Positions 19,874 to 29,893 of a stretch of 64,000 nucleotides of DNA are shown here, one piece after another (position 1 is the first letter of the stretch; every line of letters starts with the position of its first letter). The notes under the pieces were generated by a model. The model saw only the letters and a program-made list of their open reading frames with translations. It was not told the origin of the DNA and did no database searches. The stretch is from Escherichia phage OES_C-1. Location: the sequence record PQ553088; one strand, 5' to 3'. The translations under genes were made by a program, and so were the position numbers.

Positions 19874-20050
19874 TTATCCTTTAAGTAAGTCGTAAAATCC
19901 ACCATTCACATGCTTAGGAGCAGAAGGCCGACGAGTAGACAAACGATGACATTTAGGGCAAACATCATTTTCTCGTTCAGAAATCTTTTTAATTTTTTCA
20001 TATTCATGCCCACAATCTTCGGATTGGCATTTATAATCATACATTGGCAT
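19874..20050 (-). CDS. small zinc-ribbon protein (58 aa, below track cutoff)
   Basis: Hand-translated MPMYDYKCQSEDCGHEYEKIKKISERENDVCPKCHRL...; CxxC...CxxC pattern. Confidence 0.35.
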   Translation of the reverse strand: MPMYDYKCQSEDCGHEYEKIKKISERENDVCPKCHRLSTRRPSAPKHVNGGFYDLLKG

Positions 20051-20052
20051 AA

Positions 20053-20472
20053 TTATTCCTTAAAATGTGCTTTCAACATCTGATACAAGGACCATGCCTG
20101 TTCATTATTTTCAATAGTAACTTTCATTACCGGGAATTCTGTGAAATCTTTTATTTGTTCTTGCTCTTCCTGCTCTTGTTCTTCAGCTGCCTGGTATGGA
20201 TTTTCCACTTCATCAAAGAACCCGGCTTCGTCAGTAGAAAGCCAGATAAAGTTTTCGTCAAGGATATCGCCATGTTTTGCATATCCAATTGTGCCAGTAG
20301 ATAACATAATTTTAGTAGGACGCCCAAGATAATCAGCATCTAAAATTTTAAAAGGTTCCATACCTAAACGTCGTGCATAGATTCTGTTATCAGTATGGTC
20401 TTTAATAAAATTTTCTTGAGCTTGTTTATTTTTAAATTGATACCATTTATTAACTTCAAATCTAATAGCCAT
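20053..20472 (-). CDS. goF: goF-like protein
   Basis: 139-aa ORF with acidic [10 protein letters not shown] repeat; size and position match T4 goF. Confidence 0.4.
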   Translation of the reverse strand: MAIRFEVNKWYQFKNKQAQENFIKDHTDNRIYARRLGMEPFKILDADYLGRPTKIMLSTGTIGYAKHGDILDENFIWLSTDEAGFFDEVENPYQAAEEQEQEEQEQIKDFTEFPVMKVTIENNEQAWSLYQMLKAHFKE

Positions 20473-20687
20473 TAATAAATTTCCTTCCAGTAAGTTGTGC
20501 CATCTTCAGTAATTTCACGAAATACACCGTAAATTGGTTGTTTATCACCAACCTTTTCATACACATAAACCGAAGTCAAGTGAGTAAACTTGCTAGTATG
20601 TTCTTTTTGAACCACTACCAAATCTGGATCAAATAATACATCTTCAAATTCGTCATTAGTGCAGTTCTGAACAATTTTACGTTTCAT
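20472..20687 (-). CDS. cef: cef-like protein
   Basis: 71-aa ORF; size and position match T4 cef. Confidence 0.4.
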   Translation of the reverse strand: MKRKIVQNCTNDEFEDVLFDPDLVVVQKEHTSKFTHLTSVYVYEKVGDKQPIYGVFREITEDGTTYWKEIY

Positions 20688-20786
20688 TACAATTTCCTCA
20701 TTAATTGAACATTGGAGTGATGCGTTTCAGAAGAGTAGCAGCACCTTTGGCAAATTTTCCATTTTATTCTCCAAGTTGTTTTCTGT

Positions 20787-20828
20787 ATCAGTAGTTGATA
20801 TTGATATAGTACCATAATCAACTACTGA
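20787..20828. repeat. perfect 12-bp inverted repeat flanking an 18-bp promoter-like core
   Basis: tcagtagttgat ... atcaactactga, read directly, in the cef-motB intergenic region. Confidence 0.6.
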
Positions 20829-20859
20829 TGTATATAGTTTTATGAAAAAATTTTAAACT

Positions 20860-21348
20860 TTATGCATAGAGAGCTTTGCTATAATGTTTAATCCAACTTT
20901 CAGGAATGACTTTGTATGTTCCTAAAAATACCGCGTTGTACAACTTAACACCATCTTCTACCCACTGATCGGTAATGTATGCGCACATAGCACGAGTATA
21001 AACAGCCGCACCATCATCTTTGATAAATTTAAATTCATGGGGAGCAATGAACTTAATAGCCTGACCGAGTTTCCACTTAAAGTCTACACCTACATGCGAA
21101 GTATCAATCGTTTCAATTCCTTTAGCAGGAACAGCTTTCAAAAACGCAGATTCAAGAAATTTCGCACGAACATAGCCAAACTGAGGTTTAGACTTTCCAT
21201 CTTTAGGAATGATACGCACTTTTACTTCAGAATCTTCATCTTTAACGCCATGTTTAAGCTGAATGCTTACAATTTCAACTAATTTTCCTGCTGCTTTAGA
21301 ACGGGATTTATCAGATACACGAGCAATTTCACCAATATTAATAATCAT
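20860..21348 (-). CDS. motB: MotB
   Basis: 162-aa ORF at the T4 motB position with two following ORFs before dexA. Confidence 0.55.
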   Translation of the reverse strand: MIINIGEIARVSDKSRSKAAGKLVEIVSIQLKHGVKDEDSEVKVRIIPKDGKSKPQFGYVRAKFLESAFLKAVPAKGIETIDTSHVGVDFKWKLGQAIKFIAPHEFKFIKDDGAAVYTRAMCAYITDQWVEDGVKLYNAVFLGTYKVIPESWIKHYSKALYA

Positions 21349-21391
21349 AGTTATCTCTCACTTGTTAAAAAGATTTTATACTCCACAGGAC

Positions 21392-21422
21392 CATTATACT
21401 CTGGTCCCAAGAGTTTGTAAAC
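21392..21422 (-). promoter_or_regulatory. T4-type early promoter for motB
   Basis: Minus strand reads GTTTAC, about 17 nt, GTATAAT; the -10 sits inside a 6-bp inverted repeat ggacca/tggtcc. Confidence 0.45.
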
Positions 21423-21424
21423 TA

Positions 21425-21964
21425 TTACTTCAAAATAGCTACCACCGCACTACGAGGTACTACACTAAAATCACCTGCATGAACAACGTTCAGAAGTTCA
21501 ACACCATCTTCAATCCACTGGTCTGTTACCCAGCCACAGACCGAAATAAATGGGGTCTTGATAGCTACAGCACGAGTTAGAAGGTCAGTAGGATCGCATT
21601 CTTGGAAGAGGATGAACTCTGCTTCAAAGACTATAGTTTTAATTACTTCATCATTATCTAAGCGTTGTGCTCGAATCACGTAAGCTTTATTCTTATCATG
21701 CCAATTACTTTTTGAAAAACTTTTAACCACAAACTCGCCTTCACCAAAAACATTAGTCAATGCTTTATAACCCAAATTTAGTTCAGTAGTTTTAATTTCA
21801 GTTTCAACCAGTTTGTAGGTTTTGCCGATTTCAATAGCGGTAGTCATAGCAGGTTCCTTAATTTCCAGTGGTTTAACAGGGCATACATAAGTACTTACAA
21901 CGTCAAAATCAATCAGTTTAGCTACCGGATTTGGTGTGTATTCAGGATTATAATTAAATTTCAT
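21425..21964 (-). CDS. hypothetical protein (motB.1-like)
   Basis: 179-aa ORF. Confidence 0.5.
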   Translation of the reverse strand: MKFNYNPEYTPNPVAKLIDFDVVSTYVCPVKPLEIKEPAMTTAIEIGKTYKLVETEIKTTELNLGYKALTNVFGEGEFVVKSFSKSNWHDKNKAYVIRAQRLDNDEVIKTIVFEAEFILFQECDPTDLLTRAVAIKTPFISVCGWVTDQWIEDGVELLNVVHAGDFSVVPRSAVVAILK

Positions 21965-21966
21965 AT

Positions 21967-22467
21967 TTATCTCATTTCAATAAAATCTACGAGTTCAGCA
22001 TGCGATTTGCGGAACATTACTTGGTGCCTGCCAATGATAACTTGATCATCTGGAACTTCGTATACAGCGAGATAAAATCCTTTAGAAGATAATTCTTCGC
22101 GTTCTTCTCGTGTGAACCATCTCATCATATCATATTCGCTAGCGAAAGCAAAATGATAAAGAGCTATAAACCATCCTGGAATATGATATTCTACTCCAAC
22201 ATAATCTTTCTTGAACTTAGTATTAATTACTATATTAGCGTTTTTAACTAATAGTTTATCTTCGTGTGGTAAAGGAATTCTTTTATTATCATCACTATGA
22301 TGCATAAAATTAGGTCTATCATAACCTACGTGTAATAACCACTCTTCGCTCCATGAATCTATTATACTCCTGTACGGCGTTATTTGAACACAAAGATTTC
22401 GACGTATTGTTATAGCATCTTCATAATTAAGAATACTAAAAGATGATTCAACACGATAAATTTTCAT
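21967..22467 (-). CDS. hypothetical protein (motB.2-like)
   Basis: Track ORF 21967..22506 trimmed to the internal ATG at 22467, which has a GAGGATAATAAA RBS and lies downstream of the promoter. Confidence 0.45.
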   Translation of the reverse strand: MKIYRVESSFSILNYEDAITIRRNLCVQITPYRSIIDSWSEEWLLHVGYDRPNFMHHSDDNKRIPLPHEDKLLVKNANIVINTKFKKDYVGVEYHIPGWFIALYHFAFASEYDMMRWFTREEREELSSKGFYLAVYEVPDDQVIIGRHQVMFRKSHAELVDFIEMR

Positions 22468-22493
22468 TTTATTATCCTCAGTAGCTATGGTGT

Positions 22494-22524
22494 TATAATA
22501 CCACAACTAACCGAGGAAGTAAAC
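22494..22524 (-). promoter_or_regulatory. T4-type early promoter
   Basis: Minus strand reads GTTTAC, about 18 nt, GGTATTATAA. Confidence 0.45.
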
Positions 22525-22530
22525 AACTTT

Positions 22531-23214
22531 TTATCGTTTTGTTGGAAGAGACAGAGGATCGCACTCTTCCTCTGACGGAGCATCTTCAAGACCCATAGCA
22601 TATCGCAAAGCATACTTCATCATCAGGATGTCTTTCGCACAGTCATGAATAGAATCATGTGCAACGAATCCATCTAAAGTTCCCTTTGGAAGAGGACACG
22701 TGGTCATATCACGAACAAGCAGAAGTGCTTCAATTCTGGTACGAATATCACGTTGATTCCAGAATTTACATGGTTCTAACTTAAATGTATCAAGCTCATT
22801 CTCAGATACACCATTGAGACGCTGAATATCGCGAATGAGATCGACTAAAATTGGAAAATCAAATGACATTCCACGGCACCAGCCTTGAGATTTCCAAGGA
22901 TCGATGTTATGTGCATTGATGTAATCATTAAATTTTACAATACCATCGATAGTGCTTACATCTTCATCTGATGGTGCAATATTTTTTCGAGCTTCAGGAG
23001 ACTGATTTTTCCACCATTCGATGGTGCTTTTAGTAAAAAGACGATGTCCTTTTTGGCTTTTTAAATCAAACTTGATTTTAATGCCGCGTGAAACTAATTC
23101 ATCAAACGTTTCAACTACTTCTGGGTTAGGGTCAAAGGCAATAACAGCCAAATCAATAACAGCTGCCTTTTCACCACTTCCCATTGTTTCAAAATCTATA
23201 ATAAAATCAAACAT
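22531..23214 (-). CDS. dexA: exonuclease A (DEDD-type 3'-5' exonuclease)
   Basis: 227-aa ORF starting MFDFIIDFETMG (Exo I motif). Confidence 0.85.
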   Translation of the reverse strand: MFDFIIDFETMGSGEKAAVIDLAVIAFDPNPEVVETFDELVSRGIKIKFDLKSQKGHRLFTKSTIEWWKNQSPEARKNIAPSDEDVSTIDGIVKFNDYINAHNIDPWKSQGWCRGMSFDFPILVDLIRDIQRLNGVSENELDTFKLEPCKFWNQRDIRTRIEALLLVRDMTTCPLPKGTLDGFVAHDSIHDCAKDILMMKYALRYAMGLEDAPSEEECDPLSLPTKR

Positions 23215-23489
23215 TAAATTTTCCTCGCTAAATCGCGAATTTGACCTACAGTATAATCTTGGATATAAACTTTATTAATGGGCTCATCAATAAATTTTGC
23301 CATAGATTCAATATCTTTTTGTATCTCTTCAAGACTGTATACTATCTTTGAAGCTTTTTCGCGAATAGTAACATTATCAGGTCCTGGATTTTCCTCAATG
23401 ACAGCTTTAACATTTGTCATAAGAGATTTAAATTGGTGTAAACTTAATTCAATCATTAATAACCGCCTTATAAAGATGGCTAATTTCAC
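23214..23489 (-). CDS. hypothetical protein (dexA.1-like)
   Basis: 91-aa ORF. Confidence 0.5.
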   Translation of the reverse strand: MKLAIFIRRLLMIELSLHQFKSLMTNVKAVIEENPGPDNVTIREKASKIVYSLEEIQKDIESMAKFIDEPINKVYIQDYTVGQIRDLARKI

Positions 23490-23709
23490 CTAAAACATAA
23501 TCACTAATTGTAACAGTTTTCACTTCGCCACAAAAGAATTCTAACGCAATCAAATCTCGTTCGATTTCTTCCAATTGAAGCATTAACTTGCCTGATTCAA
23601 TTTTCACGTTTTTGCGATTTTTACTATAAGCTATTTCATAAATTTCGCTCACTTTATCTTGAAGTAGATAAAACTGGTCTTTAGTTATTTCCACGAATAG
23701 CTTCCTCAA
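23449..23709 (-). CDS. hypothetical protein (dexA.2-like)
   Basis: 86-aa ORF; start uncertain. Confidence 0.45.
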   Translation of the reverse strand: MRKLFVEITKDQFYLLQDKVSEIYEIAYSKNRKNVKIESGKLMLQLEEIERDLIALEFFCGEVKTVTISDYVLGEISHLYKAVIND

Positions 23710-23715
23710 ATTTAA

Positions 23716-25035
23716 TCATACATAAAACACATCATAACGACCACGTGTTACACCAACATAAAGAAGCTGCTGAGCTAGTTCAGCATCTGCATAATGAATG
23801 CAAGGTGTATAAATGAAAGCACGATCTACAGACATGCCCTGAGCTTTATGGAATGTTGATGCAGGAAGTGCTTTCACTTTACTAAACTGTGATTTAGCAT
23901 CCCAAAAATCACTCCACGGAGCTTTTCCGCCTTTATTCCAATTTTTATAAGTTTCTGCCGTTTTACCTAAAAATAAGTTAAACTTATACAGCTCTTCATC
24001 AGATGAAATTATTTTAATCTTTTCACGATAATATTCATCATCGCCGTAAGTTTCTACTGTTAAATCCCAATGACGAATTAGATATTCTCCAGGAACACCA
24101 CGAGCTTTAACAAATGTTGATGTATATTCTGCTTCTATAATACGAACTAACTGTCCGTTATTAAAAATAATTTCTGACACAGGCTTTCCATCAATTTTAT
24201 ATGTTTTAATTAACGGTTCCTGCATTACAATAATTTCACCGACAATAAAATCTTTATCAGTTTCAAAAATCTTTTTACGAATAATGCTATTTAACTTATC
24301 AACAGATTTATTCGTAAATGCCATTACACGATTTTCAAACAAATCATCTAGCGATTTTACGATTGAAAAATAATTTACCATAAAATCGCGTAAAGCGGTA
24401 TCACCAGTAAATCCACGTACTCCATGCCCGTCAACAATTTTATCATAAATCCACTTACCGTTGCGAACATCAGTAGCTACATCAATAATAGGAGCATTAC
24501 TGCGTTTAACTTCAGTGAGTTCACATTGATAAAAATCTTTGTGCGTAAAGAATGGACTGATATAAGCAGTGTTTTCTCCTGGGTCAACAGGTCTAATTTG
24601 CTTATTATCGCCTATTCCAATTATAGTACACCAAGGTGGAATAGTTGAAAGCAGAATTTTAAATAGCTTTCTATCATACATTGATACTTCGTCGCAGATT
24701 AATACTCTGCATTTAGCCAAATCTGGTACTTCTTTTTGCTCAAAAAGAACGTTTTCTTCGTATGTTACAGGGTTAATTTTAAGAATACTGTGAATAGTAC
24801 TCGCTTCTTTCCCTGATAGTTTTGAAAGAATCTTTTTAGCTGCATGTGTAGGAGCTGCTAAAATAATGCCAGTTTCGCCTGTAGATATTAAAGCTTCAAT
24901 GATGAACTTAGTAAGAGTAGTCTTACCAGTACCGGCAGGTCCATTAATAGTTACATGATGTTTCTTTTCTTTAATAGCCCTCATAACAATGTTAAAGGCA
25001 TTTTTCTGGCCTTCGGTCAAATCATCAAATGTCAT
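23716..25035 (-). CDS. dda: Dda DNA helicase (SF1B)
   Basis: 439-aa ORF with Walker A GPAGTGKTT and helicase motifs. Confidence 0.9.
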   Translation of the reverse strand: MTFDDLTEGQKNAFNIVMRAIKEKKHHVTINGPAGTGKTTLTKFIIEALISTGETGIILAAPTHAAKKILSKLSGKEASTIHSILKINPVTYEENVLFEQKEVPDLAKCRVLICDEVSMYDRKLFKILLSTIPPWCTIIGIGDNKQIRPVDPGENTAYISPFFTHKDFYQCELTEVKRSNAPIIDVATDVRNGKWIYDKIVDGHGVRGFTGDTALRDFMVNYFSIVKSLDDLFENRVMAFTNKSVDKLNSIIRKKIFETDKDFIVGEIIVMQEPLIKTYKIDGKPVSEIIFNNGQLVRIIEAEYTSTFVKARGVPGEYLIRHWDLTVETYGDDEYYREKIKIISSDEELYKFNLFLGKTAETYKNWNKGGKAPWSDFWDAKSQFSKVKALPASTFHKAQGMSVDRAFIYTPCIHYADAELAQQLLYVGVTRGRYDVFYV

Positions 25036-25343
25036 CGTAAATTCCCTGCAATTGGTATACTAACAATACGCCCAGTATCTAGAATTCGTTGATATAATCT
25101 TTGTGTATCTACATCAGGCTTAACATGTTTAACTTCTATTTTATTAAACCAAAATTTACGTGGAGTCTCAACTAATCTTGGAATTCCTTTACCTAAAGCT
25201 AGTCGATACTGCTCTTTAAGAGTGGTAAATACTTTATCAGCAATCTTCCATTCAAAAAATACAGCAGGACGATGTTCATCAAGCGGAACTGGCGCCGTAA
25301 ATCCGTCTTTGTCTCGGTAAACTATCGCATATACATAAACCAT
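25032..25343 (-). CDS. hypothetical protein (dda.1-like)
   Basis: 103-aa ORF. Confidence 0.5.
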   Translation of the reverse strand: MVYVYAIVYRDKDGFTAPVPLDEHRPAVFFEWKIADKVFTTLKEQYRLALGKGIPRLVETPRKFWFNKIEVKHVKPDVDTQRLYQRILDTGRIVSIPIAGNLR

Positions 25344-25344
25344 A

Positions 25345-26091
25345 TTATCCTCGGATAAGTTTAAAAATTGAACAATTTAGCGGGTATCCTCTTTTCAGTT
25401 TAAGTTTATCAATAAAAGACAAATTTTGATACCGCTCTACACCTTGAATAATTTTATCACACATATCATATTGCATTTCTGCTTCTGACAGCTTTTTCAC
25501 AATTTTCCAATCCGAGCCTTTAAGAAGAACGTTCAATTTAACAACTTCAGCGCCTTCTGCTATGCGAGAACCATCAATACGTGCTTTAAGTGCTATAATC
25601 CTTAGCTTAATGTCAGAGGTCTGTTTTGATTTAGAAAGCTGAGAAATGTGTTCAATTCGGTTTTCACGTTTTTTCTGTATAGCTTTAATTTGATTATAAG
25701 TCTTTTTGATTTTAGCCCATTTCTTTTCATCTAAATTTAGTTTATGAACTTTTTTCGCAGATGAACGACCAATTCGCAAAGCAAATAAATCACGCTTTTC
25801 AATCAACTCTTCTAAAGTATAATCAGAACGAAATGTATTATACTTTTTCTTTACTGCAATAACATTCCCTTTAATGTATCCAACGTTATTATCAAAACGT
25901 TCTAATGATAATTTCTCTCCTTCAATACGATTATCAAAAGGTTCTCCCGAGTAAGCACAAACTTTTTGATCTAAAATGTTCTTAATGTAATTGAAGTCTA
26001 AGTTAAAATCTTTAGAACGTCTTTTTGCAGATGCCTGAGTATGCTCTAGACGACGTTTAATTTTACGAATTTGGTTATTAGACAGCTTCAT
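25345..26091 (-). CDS. srd: Srd-like protein (postulated sigma-70 mimic)
   Basis: 248-aa highly basic ORF between dda.1 and modA as in T4. Confidence 0.5.
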   Translation of the reverse strand: MKLSNNQIRKIKRRLEHTQASAKRRSKDFNLDFNYIKNILDQKVCAYSGEPFDNRIEGEKLSLERFDNNVGYIKGNVIAVKKKYNTFRSDYTLEELIEKRDLFALRIGRSSAKKVHKLNLDEKKWAKIKKTYNQIKAIQKKRENRIEHISQLSKSKQTSDIKLRIIALKARIDGSRIAEGAEVVKLNVLLKGSDWKIVKKLSEAEMQYDMCDKIIQGVERYQNLSFIDKLKLKRGYPLNCSIFKLIRG

Positions 26092-26125
26092 ATTTTTCTC
26101 ACATCTTACGGACGGTTAACTACTT

Positions 26126-26157
26126 ATACTATAACATTTTTACTTCAGCTTGTAAAC
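26126..26157 (-). promoter_or_regulatory. T4-type early promoter for srd
   Basis: Minus strand reads GTTTAC, about 17 nt, TATAGTATAA. Confidence 0.4.
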
Positions 26158-26213
26158 AACTTTATGAAAAATGCTTTAAAACTTTCATGGTATAATGAAT
26201 CTAAGTCCTTCCA

Positions 26214-26816
26214 TTATAGATTAAATCCTTCAAAGTCAAGAGTATAGATAGTGTACGTTGAATACTTTTTATACTCATATCTATCTGCAATTCTAAATAC
26301 ACTTCCAGCTGGTATCATTACTTCTTGTTCATCTGAAACTAATTCCATATTACGATAGCGATGGCTATCTGGAAACTTAAAACTTGGACTATATTCTTTA
26401 CAACGTAGAGCTTTTATAGCATACTCCTGGAAATTAAACACCATAGGAGCTTTGAATTCAAAAATAACTTGTGTGTTGTATTCTAATCCAGAAGCAAAAT
26501 GTAGAGCTATATTTTTATCATATGAAGCTGATACTACTTTATCAAATGTAATAATATCAATTCCTTGATTTAACACCTGTTTAGTCTCAACTGGAACACC
26601 TCTCCAAAGAGGTTTATCGTTTGGAACCAAACGAGATTTGACTATTTCATTTAACCAAGAATGATCGTCTGGTTTATTAGTAATACAATGAATTAAAAGT
26701 TCAATTTCAGATAAATTAAATCCTTCAGAAAGTAATTCTTCACGAATAGAAGCACGCACCGATGCATCCATTGATTTGATTTTAAAATCTTTTAATTGCA
26801 TTGCTGAATATTTCAT
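26214..26816 (-). CDS. modA: ADP-ribosyltransferase ModA
   Basis: 200-aa ORF; size and order match T4 modA-modB; paralogous in size to the next ORF. Confidence 0.65.
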   Translation of the reverse strand: MKYSAMQLKDFKIKSMDASVRASIREELLSEGFNLSEIELLIHCITNKPDDHSWLNEIVKSRLVPNDKPLWRGVPVETKQVLNQGIDIITFDKVVSASYDKNIALHFASGLEYNTQVIFEFKAPMVFNFQEYAIKALRCKEYSPSFKFPDSHRYRNMELVSDEQEVMIPAGSVFRIADRYEYKKYSTYTIYTLDFEGFNL

Positions 26817-27436
26817 TCAACTACCTCAATATCATACACTTTAAATGTTCCAAATGAATCGTGTAATTTTTCTTTTGAAATAGAAGTTATTTTATACTTT
26901 CCAATTGGAATCATCCATTCTTGTTCACGTACAATCATCATTAAGTTATCAGTACGTTCTGAATCTAATCCATCAGTATCTTCATATGTATACTTAAACT
27001 CAGTATTAGGAGAAGAAAGTATAATATCGCTGATATGGTCAGAATAATTAAAAGCTTTATCAGTTTTTAAGCGAAATATTATTTCAGTGAAATACTCAAC
27101 ATAAGAAAAACCACACGCGGTGTGCAAACTAGTAGTAAATGAATCTACCCTGTTCGTTGAAAACACTTCTCCGACTTGTAAATCTTTAATGAGCTCTTTT
27201 GTCGATTTTGATATACCACGATATAGCTGATAAGGCGATTTAGTTAAATGCTTTTTAACGATTTTATTCAACTGCCGATGAAGAGCTTCATTCTTTTTGG
27301 CTTCCATACACTGCCAAAGAACTGACTGTTCAAAGTCAGTAAATTTTTCACAGACCTTTTTGTACATATCATATTGAAAATCAACACTTTCAGCTTTTAT
27401 AGATAACTGTTCAACATCTGCAAGATTAATAATCAT
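26813..27436 (-). CDS. modB: ADP-ribosyltransferase ModB
   Basis: 207 aa from the internal ATG at 27436, which has a GGAGG RBS. Confidence 0.65.
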   Translation of the reverse strand: MIINLADVEQLSIKAESVDFQYDMYKKVCEKFTDFEQSVLWQCMEAKKNEALHRQLNKIVKKHLTKSPYQLYRGISKSTKELIKDLQVGEVFSTNRVDSFTTSLHTACGFSYVEYFTEIIFRLKTDKAFNYSDHISDIILSSPNTEFKYTYEDTDGLDSERTDNLMMIVREQEWMIPIGKYKITSISKEKLHDSFGTFKVYDIEVVE

Positions 27437-27461
27437 GATAGCCTCCATATACTTCAGAAGC

Positions 27462-27492
27462 TATCATATCATTGTTAGGAAGGAAAGTAAAC
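27462..27492 (-). promoter_or_regulatory. T4-type early promoter for modB-modA
   Basis: Minus strand reads GTTTAC, 17 nt, TATGAT, then GGAGG RBS. Confidence 0.45.
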
Positions 27493-27503
27493 AACTTTTT
27501 GAA

Positions 27504-27686
27504 TTATTTTGCCCAGGGAGCCCAAGGCGGAGGGTCAAGATGGTATGAAGCTAGTTCTTCTAGAAGAGCATCTGGGGCTTCAATTCCATAATTCTGTAAT
27601 ACTATACGGTACTCTTTCTTATAATCACTAGAATCATTCTGGTTATTCGTAGAATGATTATCTTCTAACATCTCAAATAAATCCAT
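27504..27686 (-). CDS. hypothetical protein
   Basis: 60-aa ORF. Confidence 0.4.
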   Translation of the reverse strand: MDLFEMLEDNHSTNNQNDSSDYKKEYRIVLQNYGIEAPDALLEELASYHLDPPPWAPWAK

Positions 27687-27694
27687 ATTAATTC

Positions 27695-28165
27695 CTAGCG
27701 ATAAAAACCAAATTGACGATTAGCTTCAATAATCTTTCTTTCTTCTTCGGACATTCTCCAGCGTAGTCCAACATCAAAATGAGCCCAGACCATCTTAACA
27801 AATGCATTTATATCTTTAATATCTTCAATAATGAATGTTTTACTTTTCGAAGGTTGACTCGCTAATTTAACTTTATCGTCTTCAAACAGGTCAAAAAGAC
27901 CATATTCATGAGCTCTTTTATAGCCTTTAATAGTTAAAGCTTCAGAAGAAGAAAACGGTGAATCAGTATTCTGCAAAATATCTTCAGTATGCTTTATAAT
28001 TAGAATAACATTTTCTGGATATTTTCTTTCTTTTATATCTTTAATTAAAAGATCCGGATTTTCTGCTAAAGGAATAATTAATGAGCACTTTTTATCAAGC
28101 GTATTTACTGATTTACCTTCTTTAGACATAAATTCTATTGAATAATGTTTTGCTACTTCAATCAT
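27695..28165 (-). CDS. hypothetical protein
   Basis: 156-aa ORF. Confidence 0.5.
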   Translation of the reverse strand: MIEVAKHYSIEFMSKEGKSVNTLDKKCSLIIPLAENPDLLIKDIKERKYPENVILIIKHTEDILQNTDSPFSSSEALTIKGYKRAHEYGLFDLFEDDKVKLASQPSKSKTFIIEDIKDINAFVKMVWAHFDVGLRWRMSEEERKIIEANRQFGFYR

Positions 28166-28322
28166 GTGATTTCCTCTTGCCTACTAATGGGCCGTCAGGA
28201 ATTTTGTTTTCCTGGATATATTTCTCATTTTCTTCCATCATTTTACTACCGATTTTAAGAAGCAAATCCATTGCTTCATTTGCTTTAGCTTTAGCCTCTT
28301 CTAACGTCATATCTCTGTTCAT
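28158..28322 (-). CDS. small hypothetical protein (54 aa, below track cutoff)
   Basis: Hand-translated [27 protein letters not shown]...; overlaps the downstream ATG. Confidence 0.3.
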   Translation of the reverse strand: MNRDMTLEEAKAKANEAMDLLLKIGSKMMEENEKYIQENKIPDGPLVGKRKSHD

Positions 28323-28522
28323 GATTTATCCCCATAGATGTCTCTCATCAATTTAAGCGCTGAGCGTTCTAATTTCTTTTCTTTCTCGGCACTAATCATT
28401 GATTTCATCCATTCTTCTGATTCGTTCTGCATTTCTTTATTTGCTTGTTCAACCCAACCATCGTCAATGTACATTGAGTTTGGTCTATTGAACCATTCAA
28501 ACATTTTCTTCAGAACTTTCAT
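28319..28522 (-). CDS. hypothetical protein
   Basis: 67-aa ORF. Confidence 0.45.
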   Translation of the reverse strand: MKVLKKMFEWFNRPNSMYIDDGWVEQANKEMQNESEEWMKSMISAEKEKKLERSALKLMRDIYGDKS

Positions 28523-28994
28523 TTATTTTACCTAAAACAACAGTAGGAGCATCGTCAAATTTATGAATTTTTAGCAAATTTGGATTTAAATTATTCCATA
28601 AAGAGGTAATAAAATATGATAGCGCATTTTCTTCCGTAATTATAAATTTATTTCCCTTATCTATTTTCCAGTCATATATTGAATCATATGAATATAATGG
28701 CAACGGTTTATTGTTATAATATGCTTCAGCAACATCAATATAGTTAGATTTAGTAAATGCCTGAATTGACATAAATGGAGAATTTCGTACAGTTTCAATA
28801 ATTCCGATCTTTTTAAGTTTTATTTCAACATCTTCTGGAACTGGCATTGAAATAAAATCTTCTACTAGATACATGCTATTATCATATCTTTTATCAATCA
28901 TTACTGCTACGGTAATTGGAACGTCTTTAGCAAACGACATACTATTACTGCTAATATACATTTCAAACAAAATCGCTTCCATAATTTTCCTCAA
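28497..28994 (-). CDS. hypothetical protein
   Basis: 165-aa ORF. Confidence 0.5.
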   Translation of the reverse strand: MRKIMEAILFEMYISSNSMSFAKDVPITVAVMIDKRYDNSMYLVEDFISMPVPEDVEIKLKKIGIIETVRNSPFMSIQAFTKSNYIDVAEAYYNNKPLPLYSYDSIYDWKIDKGNKFIITEENALSYFITSLWNNLNPNLLKIHKFDDAPTVVLGKINESSEENV

Positions 28995-29329
28995 TCACAA
29001 GATGTAGATGAACAACTAGAATCACAAGAACTTCCACACGAATCGCCCGTCCATACATGAACAGGAACATTAGTGTCATATGAATCAGAACTAGACTGTG
29101 TATTCTGCGTATTAGATGATGTAGGTGTTGACCAACGCCAAGGATTTTTATAATATTCCTGGGCTTCTTCATAAGTCATAGTAACTGCTTCTACTGTTCC
29201 ATCTCCCATATAAACATATTCAACTACAGTTAAAGGAAGGTAGTCATTTGAAATAGGAACTACACCTTCTCCGGGAGTTGTAGAGAAAAAATCCGTAAAG
29301 AAACTTTTAAACCAATTAAAGATAAACAT
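28991..29329 (-). CDS. hypothetical protein with Cys/Ser-rich C-terminal tail
   Basis: 112-aa ORF ending ...[20 protein letters not shown] (four SSC-type repeats). Confidence 0.5.
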   Translation of the reverse strand: MFIFNWFKSFFTDFFSTTPGEGVVPISNDYLPLTVVEYVYMGDGTVEAVTMTYEEAQEYYKNPWRWSTPTSSNTQNTQSSSDSYDTNVPVHVWTGDSCGSSCDSSCSSTSCD

Positions 29330-29535
29330 TACAAAAAGCCTCTTTTGAATTCGACTTGCTTCTCGCCATAATCATATCGAATCTCTGCGTTAAATTCGAC
29401 AGAACCATCTGCGTACATCATAAATGAATGCACAACAACTTCTGTAGACCATGGTTGTAGTTCATATTTCTTCATTACATGCCGTGAAATGATAATATCT
29501 AAATCTTCATTTGGTTTAATCCAACGATTTAACAT
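29329..29535 (-). CDS. hypothetical protein
   Basis: 68-aa ORF with its own early promoter. Confidence 0.45.
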   Translation of the reverse strand: MLNRWIKPNEDLDIIISRHVMKKYELQPWSTEVVVHSFMMYADGSVEFNAEIRYDYGEKQVEFKRGFL

Positions 29536-29561
29536 AGTGCTCTCCTCTATAAGATAATTCT

Positions 29562-29591
29562 ATTATACCATACTCATTTTGGAAAGTAAAC
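29562..29591 (-). promoter_or_regulatory. T4-type early promoter
   Basis: Minus strand reads GTTTAC, about 17 nt, GTATAAT. Confidence 0.45.
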
Positions 29592-29605
29592 CAGTAAAAT
29601 GAAAA

Positions 29606-29627
29606 AAGGACTCCCGAAGGAGTCCTT
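29606..29627 (-). terminator. C(UUCG)G tetraloop terminator after soc
   Basis: ggactcc-cgaa-ggagtcc; minus-strand T-run follows. Confidence 0.55.
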
Positions 29628-29631
29628 GAAT

Positions 29632-29877
29632 TTATTCACCAGTTACTTTCCACAAATCTTCGTTCGCAGTAATCCATTCAGTACGTTGATTTTCTTCATA
29701 TACTGTAGAATATGCTGCTTTTTCTGAAGGGAATATCTGATAATGAGCTCCAGAAATTTTGTGAACGTCAGAATAAAGAGGGAAAGCTACAGAAATTTCC
29801 TTTCCTTCAATTTTCTTATTTCCATCTAATTTCTGCTCAAATGTTTTGATATTAACATAACCGCGAGTACTAGCCAT
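29632..29877 (-). CDS. soc: small outer capsid protein Soc
   Basis: 81-aa ORF starting MASTRGYVNIKTFEQKLDGNKKIEGKEISVAFPLY. Confidence 0.85.
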   Translation of the reverse strand: MASTRGYVNIKTFEQKLDGNKKIEGKEISVAFPLYSDVHKISGAHYQIFPSEKAAYSTVYEENQRTEWITANEDLWKVTGE

Positions 29878-29893
29878 GTAATTCTCCTTTTAT

